Below, piece by piece: positions 1 through 7,120 of a stretch of 36,908 nt of DNA (position 1 is its first letter; the number at the start of each line of letters is the position of its first letter). This DNA comes from a virus (taxonomy: Duplodnaviria > Caudoviricetes). Made by a program: the position numbers and the translations under genes. The stretch is from positions 1-36,908 of the IMG/VR virus record IMGVR_UViG_3300033489_000033; one strand, given 5' to 3'. The notes beneath the pieces were generated by a model. That model was given only the letters and a program-made list of their open reading frames with translations, made no database searches and was not told where the DNA came from.

Positions 1-54
1 ACCCCGCGAGGCGAGGTGCTGTTCTGCATCTGCTACACATTCTAAGGAGGCTCG

Positions 55-273
55 ATGAGACTCGTCGCAGATTTGAGTTACGTTGGCGACCCGGTCGGTC
101 TGGAAGCCAATCTCAGCATCTCGGTGCTGCGCTGCCTGGCCGAGGACACGCACTCGCCGGAGGACCGGCAGCGCGTGCAGCGGATGCTGTTCGAGTCGCC
201 GGACGGCGAGCAGATGCTGGCGGCGCTGGAAAGCAAGCTGGGCCTGGCGCTGATCCCCGTCGAGCTGGTGTAG
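55..273 (+). CDS. Hypothetical protein (allele of 36594..36815)
   Basis: AAGGAGG RBS, ATG; near-identical ORF at the other end. Confidence 0.8.
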   Translation: MRLVADLSYVGDPVGLEANLSISVLRCLAEDTHSPEDRQRVQRMLFESPDGEQMLAALESKLGLALIPVELV

Positions 274-294
274 AGACGCCCCGCCGGGGCGTCT
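270..294 (+). repeat. GTAG-led REP-like hairpin
   Basis: GTAG + AGACGCCCC-gcc-GGGGCGTCT perfect 9-bp stem; absent from the right-end copy. Confidence 0.65.
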
Positions 295-316
295 TTGAAC
301 ATTGAAAGGAGCGACC

Positions 317-643
317 ATGAACATCACGACGAACAATCAATTGGTATCGGTCAACATTGTGCTCAGTCCCGATGAAGCGTTGGATGCGATCAAGGATCCA
401 CGCGAATTGCAGCGCAAGCTGCGTCAGGCGCTGGGTGATGTGGCGCCGTCCTTGCGCCGCAACAGCCAGCGGAAACCCGGCCCAAAAGGAAAGGGCAAGG
501 CACGTGGGGGCAAGGCAACTGGTACGGGATCGGCCTTGATGACGACGTGCTCTGTATGCGGCAAGGTTGTCAAAGTCCGGGGCCTTGGAGTCCACATGAC
601 ACGCAAGCACCCCTTGTCCGGTGCTCCGGCTGCGGGCGACTGA
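317..643 (+). CDS. Small basic protein with C-terminal C2H2 zinc finger
   Basis: AAGGAG RBS; CSVCGK...HMTRKH. Confidence 0.75.
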   Translation: MNITTNNQLVSVNIVLSPDEALDAIKDPRELQRKLRQALGDVAPSLRRNSQRKPGPKGKGKARGGKATGTGSALMTTCSVCGKVVKVRGLGVHMTRKHPLSGAPAAGD

Positions 644-701
644 TTGATGCTGGGAATTCCATGATCGGCATCAAGTGCACGTTCTGCTGCAAGAGGTTCC
701 C

Positions 702-941
702 ATGAAGGATAAGGCGCCAATCAAAGGCGATTTTTGGAAGATCATGGTTTATGGATGCGCCAGGTGCGGGCAAGATCACCTGAACATCGAGTTCAGGGCG
801 ATGGAGCGGCCTGTGGTGGACCCGAATGGCATCGTCTGGACGATGTGGGCGCCATGCCCGACGACTGGAGACCCGATCTTGATGCGGGTTCTGGGCGTCG
901 TGGCCTCCGATGGAGACGACAATGCAACAGACACAGACTAA
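702..941 (+). CDS. Hypothetical Cys-containing protein
   Basis: GAGG RBS; CARCGQDH and CP motifs. Confidence 0.6.
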   Translation: MKDKAPIKGDFWKIMVYGCARCGQDHLNIEFRAMERPVVDPNGIVWTMWAPCPTTGDPILMRVLGVVASDGDDNATDTD

Positions 942-1845
942 AACTCGGCTCCGTTTATCGCTTGCGCTGCCTGTTGCGCCGGAAGCACCCCCACAGCCGG
1001 CGCTCGATCCGGAGCGTGACGATGATGCGATCAAGGCTCAAACCTGGCCGGTGGCTTACGAGCGATGGCTGGCCGGCGGCTGGCATTCGCACGGCGCGGC
1101 GGTCAGCGAGCAGACCCGGCGCGCCTACAGACGCTCCGTGGAGGGGTTCCGCGACTTTATCGGCGACTCGTACCCTGTGTGGCGTGTGACAGCCAGCCAG
1201 GTCGCCGGCTGGCAAAATGAAATGCGCAGCCGGGGGCTGGCTGCCGCGACGATCAATCTGCGCCTGGCCGGGCTATCGTCCTTGTTCGATTTTCTGGCCG
1301 GCGAGGGTTGGATGTCCATCAATCCCGTTGGCGCAGCTCCTCGAGCGCCTGTCCCCTATCGCAAACCACGCGGGCTGACTCGAGACGAAACGCAAGCGAT
1401 CTTGCGGCACATCAATCGCTCGATTGTGAGCGGCTTGCAGGATTATGCCCTGGTGATCACCGTCCTCGACGCGGGGTGGTCGTCGAAACGAGTCACCCAA
1501 CTCAAATGGGGCGAGTTGCAGAGCGACGAATTGTCCCTCTCTACCCGTTCGGCGATCCGGGCCTATGTCCAGGCGGCGGGCCGGCTGGAGACGATAGGGG
1601 CTGACGATTACATTTTCGTCGCGCTCAGTGACGTGGCCGGGCGTTTGCCGAATGTCAAGAGGCTCGATCACACCAAGCCGCTGAGCGGAGCGATGATCAA
1701 TCGCATCGTGAAAAAGTGCGCCCGGCGCGCCGGGCTGGACGAGTCGCGCGTCCGCGTGAATACGTTGCGACTCACGGCGGATGAGCGCGACGCGGAACGC
1801 GATCCACTCTGGAAGAACGTGGGCGCGTTCCTATCAATGGTGTAG
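922..1845 (+). CDS. Tyrosine-recombinase-derived protein, predicted catalytically inactive
   Basis: SAM-like core-binding domain (SEQTRRAY...AAATINLRLAGLSSLFDF); box I without Arg (DAGWSS); HxLR is NTLR; no box II His/Tyr. Confidence 0.8.
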   Translation: MQQTQTKTRLRLSLALPVAPEAPPQPALDPERDDDAIKAQTWPVAYERWLAGGWHSHGAAVSEQTRRAYRRSVEGFRDFIGDSYPVWRVTASQVAGWQNEMRSRGLAAATINLRLAGLSSLFDFLAGEGWMSINPVGAAPRAPVPYRKPRGLTRDETQAILRHINRSIVSGLQDYALVITVLDAGWSSKRVTQLKWGELQSDELSLSTRSAIRAYVQAAGRLETIGADDYIFVALSDVAGRLPNVKRLDHTKPLSGAMINRIVKKCARRAGLDESRVRVNTLRLTADERDAERDPLWKNVGAFLSMV

Positions 1846-2377
1846 AGGCGGCCAGGTCGTGCGCTGGCGCGGGGGCGTTATCACGGCGGGCGTAAGCGAC
1901 TGGGCCTGTGAGGGATATGGCACCTCGCCTGGCCGCTCTACCACAAGAGTTTGTTGGATGGCCCGGCCCGGCGTTGAGGGGCGCTGTAGCAGGGATAGAA
2001 TAGGCAGACTATTCCGGCCGGGCCATATTTTCAACAAAGGATCAGGCGGCTCACAGCACCCGCCTTGTCCATCATGCCACAATGATTGTCCGCAGTGGAT
2101 CAGGCAGTGCCACCTTTCGCAGGGTGACAGGGGTTGGGGCTACTGGCCGGCTTCGACAGGCTCAGCCTGCTGGCAAGTCGAGCCGAGTAGATCGGGGCGG
2201 GCATCCCCTTATGGGGATCTCTGACGATGATCCCGCCAGAAGCTGCGGACCAGGGCGCAAGCCTTGATGATGATGTATCGAGTATGGGATGGTCGCGATC
2301 ACATATCGGGCGCTCCCGACGTTCATCCCTACATGACCCAGGCCCTGCCGGGCTTGACCCTGCGACTAGCCCGGCCC
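1842..2377 (+). ncRNA. Candidate structured non-coding RNA / hairpin cluster
   Basis: No convincing ORF; about 10 stems, including long-range pairs 1842-1856/1928-1941, 1950-1968/2016-2038 and 2088-2095/2243-2250. Confidence 0.45.
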
Positions 2378-2393
2378 ACTTTCAGACGAGCCG

Positions 2394-2807
2394 ATGGACA
2401 TTATTTCCCAGGTCGTTCTAGCTGCGCTGCGTGTTCACCCGGCCCGATCCATCGGCCAGGCCGAATTGGCCGGCTGGGCTGGGTGCACGAATCGCCAGGT
2501 GCGCGCCGCCATCGCCGACCTTCGCCGGCAGGGCTGGCTCATCATGGGCAACGGCAGCGGATACTATTTCGCCCGAAACATCGACGAGGTGCACCGCTTC
2601 CTGGCGCGGATCGCCGACCAGATTTGCCAGCTCGAGGATTTGCGGGCCGCTCTCTACCAGGCGGCGCGGGTGCGATTCGATCAGGGTGTCTGTACCGGAG
2701 GTCAGGATGAATTCACCAGCCAGACGAAAAGTATTCCGGTGCGCCGGCTCCCAGGTGCTCAGGCGGTCGCCGATTGCGATGAACCTGGGCAAGATCATCC
2801 GGTTTGA
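2394..2807 (+). CDS. Winged-helix HTH DNA-binding protein
   Basis: IGQAELAGWAGCTNRQVRAAIADLRRQGWLI...GYY wHTH pattern. Confidence 0.75.
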   Translation: MDIISQVVLAALRVHPARSIGQAELAGWAGCTNRQVRAAIADLRRQGWLIMGNGSGYYFARNIDEVHRFLARIADQICQLEDLRAALYQAARVRFDQGVCTGGQDEFTSQTKSIPVRRLPGAQAVADCDEPGQDHPV

Positions 2808-3006
2808 CCTGGATGGCCTGATCCTGGAGCGGCAGCTCGTGCAGATCACCGATTGCTCCCTGAACGAGATCCACGTGGACAGCCCGGTGGGCAAGGCGCT
2901 GGCCGAGGCGCGGGCGGGCGAGCAGTACGCCGTCCAGGTTCCGGAAGGCACGTTGGTTGTTAAGGTGCTGATGGTCATGGATAGCATAGCACGGGAGCCG
3001 CGCTGA
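2707..3006 (+). CDS. GreA/GreB C-terminal-domain-only protein
   Basis: GGAGG RBS; IHVDSPVGKALAEARAGEQYAVQVPEG matches the Gre CTD SPxGxAL...VxxPxG motif. Confidence 0.75.
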   Translation: MNSPARRKVFRCAGSQVLRRSPIAMNLGKIIRFDLDGLILERQLVQITDCSLNEIHVDSPVGKALAEARAGEQYAVQVPEGTLVVKVLMVMDSIAREPR

Positions 3007-3311
3007 TGACGATCGGGCCGAATTACGGCTTGATTCGGGTCGCCATCCTGCTGTTCGCCTTTGGGTTTCTCTATAACCGGATCGTGGACTGGATGGAGAA
3101 GAACGGCTATGACGAAGGTTACACCGCGTTCCTGGTGGTGGTGGGCACCCTGGTCACTTTGGGCGGCGTGGCGTTGGTTGACTGGCGAGCGGCTGCGCTG
3201 GCTCTGGGCGCGTTCGCGTGCAGCGGTTTCTGGATGGTGGTGGGAAGCTGGTGGCGGCACGTGCAGGCGCGGCGACGCGGCCAGCAGGCGCTCAGACGCG
3301 GCGACCGATGA
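3006..3311 (+). CDS. Small membrane protein (~3 TM)
   Basis: Hydrophobic segments; TGATG coupling to the upstream gene. Confidence 0.75.
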   Translation: MTIGPNYGLIRVAILLFAFGFLYNRIVDWMEKNGYDEGYTAFLVVVGTLVTLGGVALVDWRAAALALGAFACSGFWMVVGSWWRHVQARRRGQQALRRGDR

Positions 3312-3526
3312 CCAAGCGCCGGGACTGGCCGAATGGAGCCGCTGAGGCGCGGGACCGGTCCGCCGAGGAAGCGATGCGGGGCGTGCGGCTGCTGCGTCCG
3401 CTGGTGCAAGGCAGGCAGCAGTTCGACCAGACCGAAGTGCTGCGCCGCCAGGCCGGGGCGCTCGATGCCTTGCAAACGATCTTGCGGTTCTTGGAAAGCG
3501 TAGGGGCCAGGACGAGGCCCGAGTAA
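3308..3526 (+). CDS. Hypothetical protein
   Basis: ATGA overlap with the upstream gene. Confidence 0.65.
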   Translation: MTKRRDWPNGAAEARDRSAEEAMRGVRLLRPLVQGRQQFDQTEVLRRQAGALDALQTILRFLESVGARTRPE

Positions 3527-3528
3527 AA

Positions 3529-3547
3529 GGTCTAAACGTAGTTAGGC
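3529..3547 (+). other. Left cassette junction (attI/attG-like simple site)
   Basis: GGTCTAAAC-gta-GTTAGGC; GTTRRRY core complementary to GCCTAAC of the downstream attC. Confidence 0.6.
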
Positions 3548-3574
3548 CGCTTTGCGGCAAATGGAGGTCATAGG

Positions 3575-3799
3575 ATGGATGAGAAACAGGCGATTGTGTG
3601 GTTTTATTCCTACTGGGGTAGACGTTCAAAACGCGCCGTTGTTATTGGAGAAACTCCCAAACGGTATCGAGTCCGCTTTTTGGATGGGCTGGTTGGCCGA
3701 TGGCCTGCCGGGACTGTGCGTCTTGTGCCAAAACATGCTGTCGAATTCGCAGGTAGCGGCCTAACTCCCGTTGCAGGCGACGTGAGTACACGCGCCTGA
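3575..3799 (+). CDS. Cassette 1 ORF, small beta-rich hypothetical protein
   Basis: GGAGG RBS; stop codon lies inside the attC. Confidence 0.7.
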   Translation: MDEKQAIVWFYSYWGRRSKRAVVIGETPKRYRVRFLDGLVGRWPAGTVRLVPKHAVEFAGSGLTPVAGDVSTRA

Positions 3800-3813
3800 A
3801 CTTTACGTTAGGC
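3759..3813 (+). other. attC site 1 (55 bp)
   Basis: GCCTAAC-tccc-GTT(G)CAGGCG(A)CGTG-agta-CACGCGCCTGAAC-tttac-GTTAGGC; two extrahelical bases. Confidence 0.85.
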
Positions 3814-3840
3814 CGCTTCTCTGAAAAGCGGCAGGAGAAC

Positions 3841-4239
3841 ATGATGAACGGAAAACGCAAACGATGTCCGAATGGATACAGAATCGTTCGGTGGGCTGAT
3901 GGCTTTTTCCATTTATACGGGCCTGACGGAGGCTGCATTGATGAGTTTGTGTCACATTCAGAAGCGTTGCGTGTTGCAATGCGAGAACACGGCCTAACTC
4001 GCGCTGGAGCCGACGCGCCGCGCGCGCCGGAATCGAGCAGGACTCGCCAGCCGATGCGCCGCGCCGCGCGCGCCGGAATCGAGCAGGACTCGCCAGCCGA
4101 TGCGCCGCGCCGCGCGCGCCGGAATCGAGCAGGACTCGCCAGCCGATGCGCCGCTGGATTCGGCGCGCGGCTCAGCTTAGACGATAGAGTTTTCCGGGAG
4201 GTGACTACATGCAACGAATTGCCGTCATGCCAAATCTAG
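3841..4239 (+). CDS. Cassette 2 ORF; ~50-aa core plus attC/repeat-derived tail
   Basis: AGGAG RBS; reads through attC 2. Confidence 0.6.
   Translation: MMNGKRKRCPNGYRIVRWADGFFHLYGPDGGCIDEFVSHSEALRVAMREHGLTRAGADAPRAPESSRTRQPMRRAARAGIEQDSPADAPRRARRNRAGLASRCAAGFGARLSLDDRVFREVTTCNELPSCQI
3992..4189 (+). other. attC site 2 with repeat-expanded loop
   Basis: GCCTAAC-tcgc-GCT(G)GAGCCG(A)CGCGCC...GGCGCGCGGCTCAGC-ttagac-GATAGAG. Confidence 0.75.
4014..4154 (+). repeat. Tandem repeat, 3 x 46 bp
   Basis: GGAATCGAGCAGGACTCGCCAGCCGATGCGCC at 4029, 4075 and 4121. Confidence 0.95.
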
Positions 4240-6095
4240 TAGAGCCGAATCCCTACCAGCCGGCTACCCGGCTCACGTTTACGCCGGAGCAGCTTGCCGA
4301 CCTGGCGAGCATCGCCGACATTGGTTTTATTCACACGCCGGTGGCGCGGCCCTATCCGACCGAGCCGGGGCATTTCCAGATCGCGGTGGGCTGGCGTCGC
4401 CGCTGTGCCTGGGCGCTCTTTCGCCCCGGCCAGGAGATGCCGCTGGACGTGGACGACGGGTTGGACGACGCGGCGATGTTCCGGCACATGGTCCTGGAGA
4501 ACGGCGACCGCTTGAACATTTCGGGGGTCGAGAAGGGGTACCTGATCGATCAGTATATCGCCTTCGGGCATACCCAGGCCGAAGCGGGGCAACTGTTTCA
4601 CCTGACGCAATCGGGCGTGTCGAACCTGCTGCGCATCATTCATCACCTGCCGGAGCCGGTGGTCGCCCTGGTGCAGCAGGGCGCGCTGCCCGAACGCCAC
4701 GCCCGGCAACTGATCGGCCTGGCACGCATCAAGCCGGCCAAGGCGGTCAAGATTGCCCAGCAGGTGGCCACCTCGACCGATCCGGATACGACGCTCAACG
4801 ACATGCTGAGCGACTATTTGGAAAAGACCGGCGGCGATCTCCACGAAGAATCATCCTTCCCGGTGGGCTGGGCGCCGGGCATGTCTGCGGACATTGAAGG
4901 GCAGACGGAAGCGCTGCCGGCGTGCACGGTGTGTCCCAACTATCTGGCGCACGAGTATAACCGGTTCTGCGCCCGTCCTGTGTGCATGAAGGCCAAGCAA
5001 CAGATATGGCTCCGGGCGGAACTGGCGCGCCTGTCGGACAAGCTGGGCATCCCGGCGGCGGGTCCGGATGAGAAGGTCGAGCCGCTCAAGCTGGACTGGC
5101 AGACTGCGGACGCGGTTCGGGCCATGCTCAAGCGGCCGGCCAAGCCGGCTTGCCTGCGGCTGGTCATCAACAGCGGCCGGGTCGAGGGCAATCACTATCA
5201 TCGGCAGGCGATCGGCTCGGACGATGTCCTGCTGGCCAGCACAGACCCCAACGTTCTCAAGGCCGAGTTGGAGGCCAAGAAGAAAAAGGGCGCGCCGGCA
5301 GACAGCGCCGCATCGTCCAAGGCTGCAGCGGCGCCGGCGGTCTTGAAAGAGACGGAGGCGCAGAAGGCCAAACGGCTGGAGCGGGAAGAGCATGAGGCTG
5401 AGGAGCGGCGGGAGGCAAGATCGGCGCTGCACCGGGCGCGGCACGACCTGGTGTGGCTCGTCCTGCACACGGCCGAAATGCTGGCCATGGACATGAAGAT
5501 CGAGGGCGGCATCCTCACCTGGTGTGCCGACTTGACGCAGCGTTACACGGACAATCCGCAAACTGAATGGCCCGAATATGATACAAGCACGGCGGAGATG
5601 TTCAAAAAGTTCACACGCCTGCGGCTTGCGCTGATGTCCGAGCCGCTCGAACTAGATGAATTCGAGGTTCGGCGATACATCTTGGTGCGGATGTTCGCCA
5701 GTCGGATCAGCGGATTCAAGACCGAGGAACAATTCAATTGGGCGCGAGGATGCGAGCGAGTTCACGACGTGGCCGAAACTTTGAATCTGGCATTGCCACC
5801 TGCATGGGACCAGCCGCCGGTCCACAAGACCAACTTCAACTGCCACGTCTGCGGCACGTTCATGCCCGGCCCGGCGATCACCAACGTGGACAAGTCGCAC
5901 GGGTGGCTATTGGTGAATGGCGTGGTGACGTGCTCGACCAAGTGCCGCGCCCAGCTCGCCGAGCAGCCCGTCGCAGCCAAGCCAGTCGCAAAGCCTTCGG
6001 CTGAGACTTCGGCGAGACTTCGGCGAGCTCAGTCGAACCGCTCAGCCGAGCCGCTCAGGCCAAAGCGCAAGCCGCAGGCGGCCAAAAGGTCGTAG
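4209..6095 (+). CDS. ParB/RepB/Spo0J-family protein with Cys-rich C-terminal regions
   Basis: QIAVGWRRRCA arginine patch; ENxxR; HTH TQAEAGQLFHLTQSGVSNLLR; several CxxC. Confidence 0.85.
   Translation: MQRIAVMPNLVEPNPYQPATRLTFTPEQLADLASIADIGFIHTPVARPYPTEPGHFQIAVGWRRRCAWALFRPGQEMPLDVDDGLDDAAMFRHMVLENGDRLNISGVEKGYLIDQYIAFGHTQAEAGQLFHLTQSGVSNLLRIIHHLPEPVVALVQQGALPERHARQLIGLARIKPAKAVKIAQQVATSTDPDTTLNDMLSDYLEKTGGDLHEESSFPVGWAPGMSADIEGQTEALPACTVCPNYLAHEYNRFCARPVCMKAKQQIWLRAELARLSDKLGIPAAGPDEKVEPLKLDWQTADAVRAMLKRPAKPACLRLVINSGRVEGNHYHRQAIGSDDVLLASTDPNVLKAELEAKKKKGAPADSAASSKAAAAPAVLKETEAQKAKRLEREEHEAEERREARSALHRARHDLVWLVLHTAEMLAMDMKIEGGILTWCADLTQRYTDNPQTEWPEYDTSTAEMFKKFTRLRLALMSEPLELDEFEVRRYILVRMFASRISGFKTEEQFNWARGCERVHDVAETLNLALPPAWDQPPVHKTNFNCHVCGTFMPGPAITNVDKSHGWLLVNGVVTCSTKCRAQLAEQPVAAKPVAKPSAETSARLRRAQSNRSAEPLRPKRKPQAAKRS
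5994..6059 (+). repeat. Nested CTTCG...GCTCAG REP-like element within the 3' end of parB
   Basis: Three CTTCGGC followed by three GCTCAG; same motif at 2151-2165. Confidence 0.6.
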
Positions 6096-6284
6096 CCGAG
6101 GGGAAAGAAACGAAGCAAGTAAGATTCTTGCCCCTATGGGATTGCCACTCGGGTTGGGATGGTCGCCCGATCTGCGTGATGTTGGAAGACCTGGACGAAT
6201 TTCTCAAGACGCAGCGGGTGCGTAAGGTCCGCAGCCACTGGCCGGAGGGCGGCGACTTGACGTGGGACGTGACGAGGATCACAG

Positions 6285-6815
6285 ATGACGACACAGGTGA
6301 CGGAAACCGATCTGGCGCGATTGCATAATGAGGCTTGGTCATGGGCGCGCCGGCAGCGATATGTGTTCAACTTTGCGCCACGTGATCACCGCAACCCACT
6401 GGCGAGACGTATGGTGCGCTACGTGCGAGAAAAGCTGACCGAGCGCGGCCACGTCGTCGCCGGGATGAGACACAAAGCACCCTATGACCTGTGCGACCAG
6501 GGTGTGCGCATCGAGGTCAAGGTGAGCCGATGGGGCGACCGGGAAAAGCGTTACGAGGCCAACCTGCGCGACAATGACGCCGACGTCCTGGTCTTTGGCT
6601 GCCTGGATGGCGATCTGCATTGTTTCGTGATCCCGTTTGACCAAGTCGCGGGCAAGACTGTGATCAAGATATCGTGCCGCGATCCGCGCGACTATATTGG
6701 CAAATGGATGCGCTGGTACGAGGCGTGGGACGTGCTTGACGAGCTGGTGGCCGCCGGGCGCAATGCCTGGCAGCCCAAACTGCTTGAAGACCTTGCTTGG
6801 CCAAACCAGAGGTAA
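6285..6815 (+). CDS. Putative PD-(D/E)xK nuclease-fold protein
   Basis: PYDL...RIEVK motif; GAGGA RBS. Confidence 0.65.
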   Translation: MTTQVTETDLARLHNEAWSWARRQRYVFNFAPRDHRNPLARRMVRYVREKLTERGHVVAGMRHKAPYDLCDQGVRIEVKVSRWGDREKRYEANLRDNDADVLVFGCLDGDLHCFVIPFDQVAGKTVIKISCRDPRDYIGKWMRWYEAWDVLDELVAAGRNAWQPKLLEDLAWPNQR

Positions 6816-6817
6816 CT

Positions 6818-7120
6818 ATGAGCAAGCCAACCAAAGAGCTACCAACCACTGAGCGCCTGGCACACGCGCTCGAATCTCTTGGCGACCCCAAATTATTCGG
6901 TATGATCGCACTCGCATACGCCGGATATTATGACGACTTCAAGAGTGAACTGGCTTTTCCAATGCTTCAGCTCGTGCAGGACTTGGAGAAAATGGGCCAC
7001 CCCGATATGGCAGCCCTCGCAAGAAACGGCGAATTCGACGCAACTGAAGCCGAGGCTACCGCTTGGAAAAAATCAAAGGGGCGTGCCATTGTCACTGAAC
7101 TAATGGGGAAAATTAGATGA
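6818..7120 (+). CDS. Hypothetical protein (lower GC)
   Basis: GAGGT RBS; operon context. Confidence 0.7.
   Translation: MSKPTKELPTTERLAHALESLGDPKLFGMIALAYAGYYDDFKSELAFPMLQLVQDLEKMGHPDMAALARNGEFDATEAEATAWKKSKGRAIVTELMGKIR

Larger units (their letters stand above)
1..398 (+). repeat. Left copy of imperfect terminal direct repeat
   Basis: Aligns to 36540-36908; exact over 313-398, with substitutions and an indel upstream. Confidence 0.95.
3542..4183 (+). mobile_element. Two integron-type gene cassettes (3542-3807; 3808-4183), no integron integrase in window
   Basis: TTAGGC-RBS-ORF-attC organisation repeated twice. Confidence 0.75.

Noticed and set aside
55-273. Diversity-generating retroelement TR/VR pair with 36594-36815
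   Set aside because: Differences are not confined to adenines of one copy (C/A, A/G, G/A, G/C, A/G) and no reverse transcriptase is present.
2221-2250. Hammerhead ribozyme (CTGACGA)
   Set aside because: No properly placed GAAA or stem II/III.
2418-3629. Long minus-strand ORF (and similar ones at 13816-14811, 26649-27722, 28426-29733, plus + strand 33155-34171)
   Set aside because: Antisense shadows of well-supported genes in GC-rich DNA, with no motifs.
4014-4154. CRISPR array
   Set aside because: Repeats are head-to-tail with no unique spacers; no cas genes.
6128-6328. Small ORF between parB and the nuclease gene
   Set aside because: Plausible, but TTG start, no clear RBS and no motif; not enough support to call.
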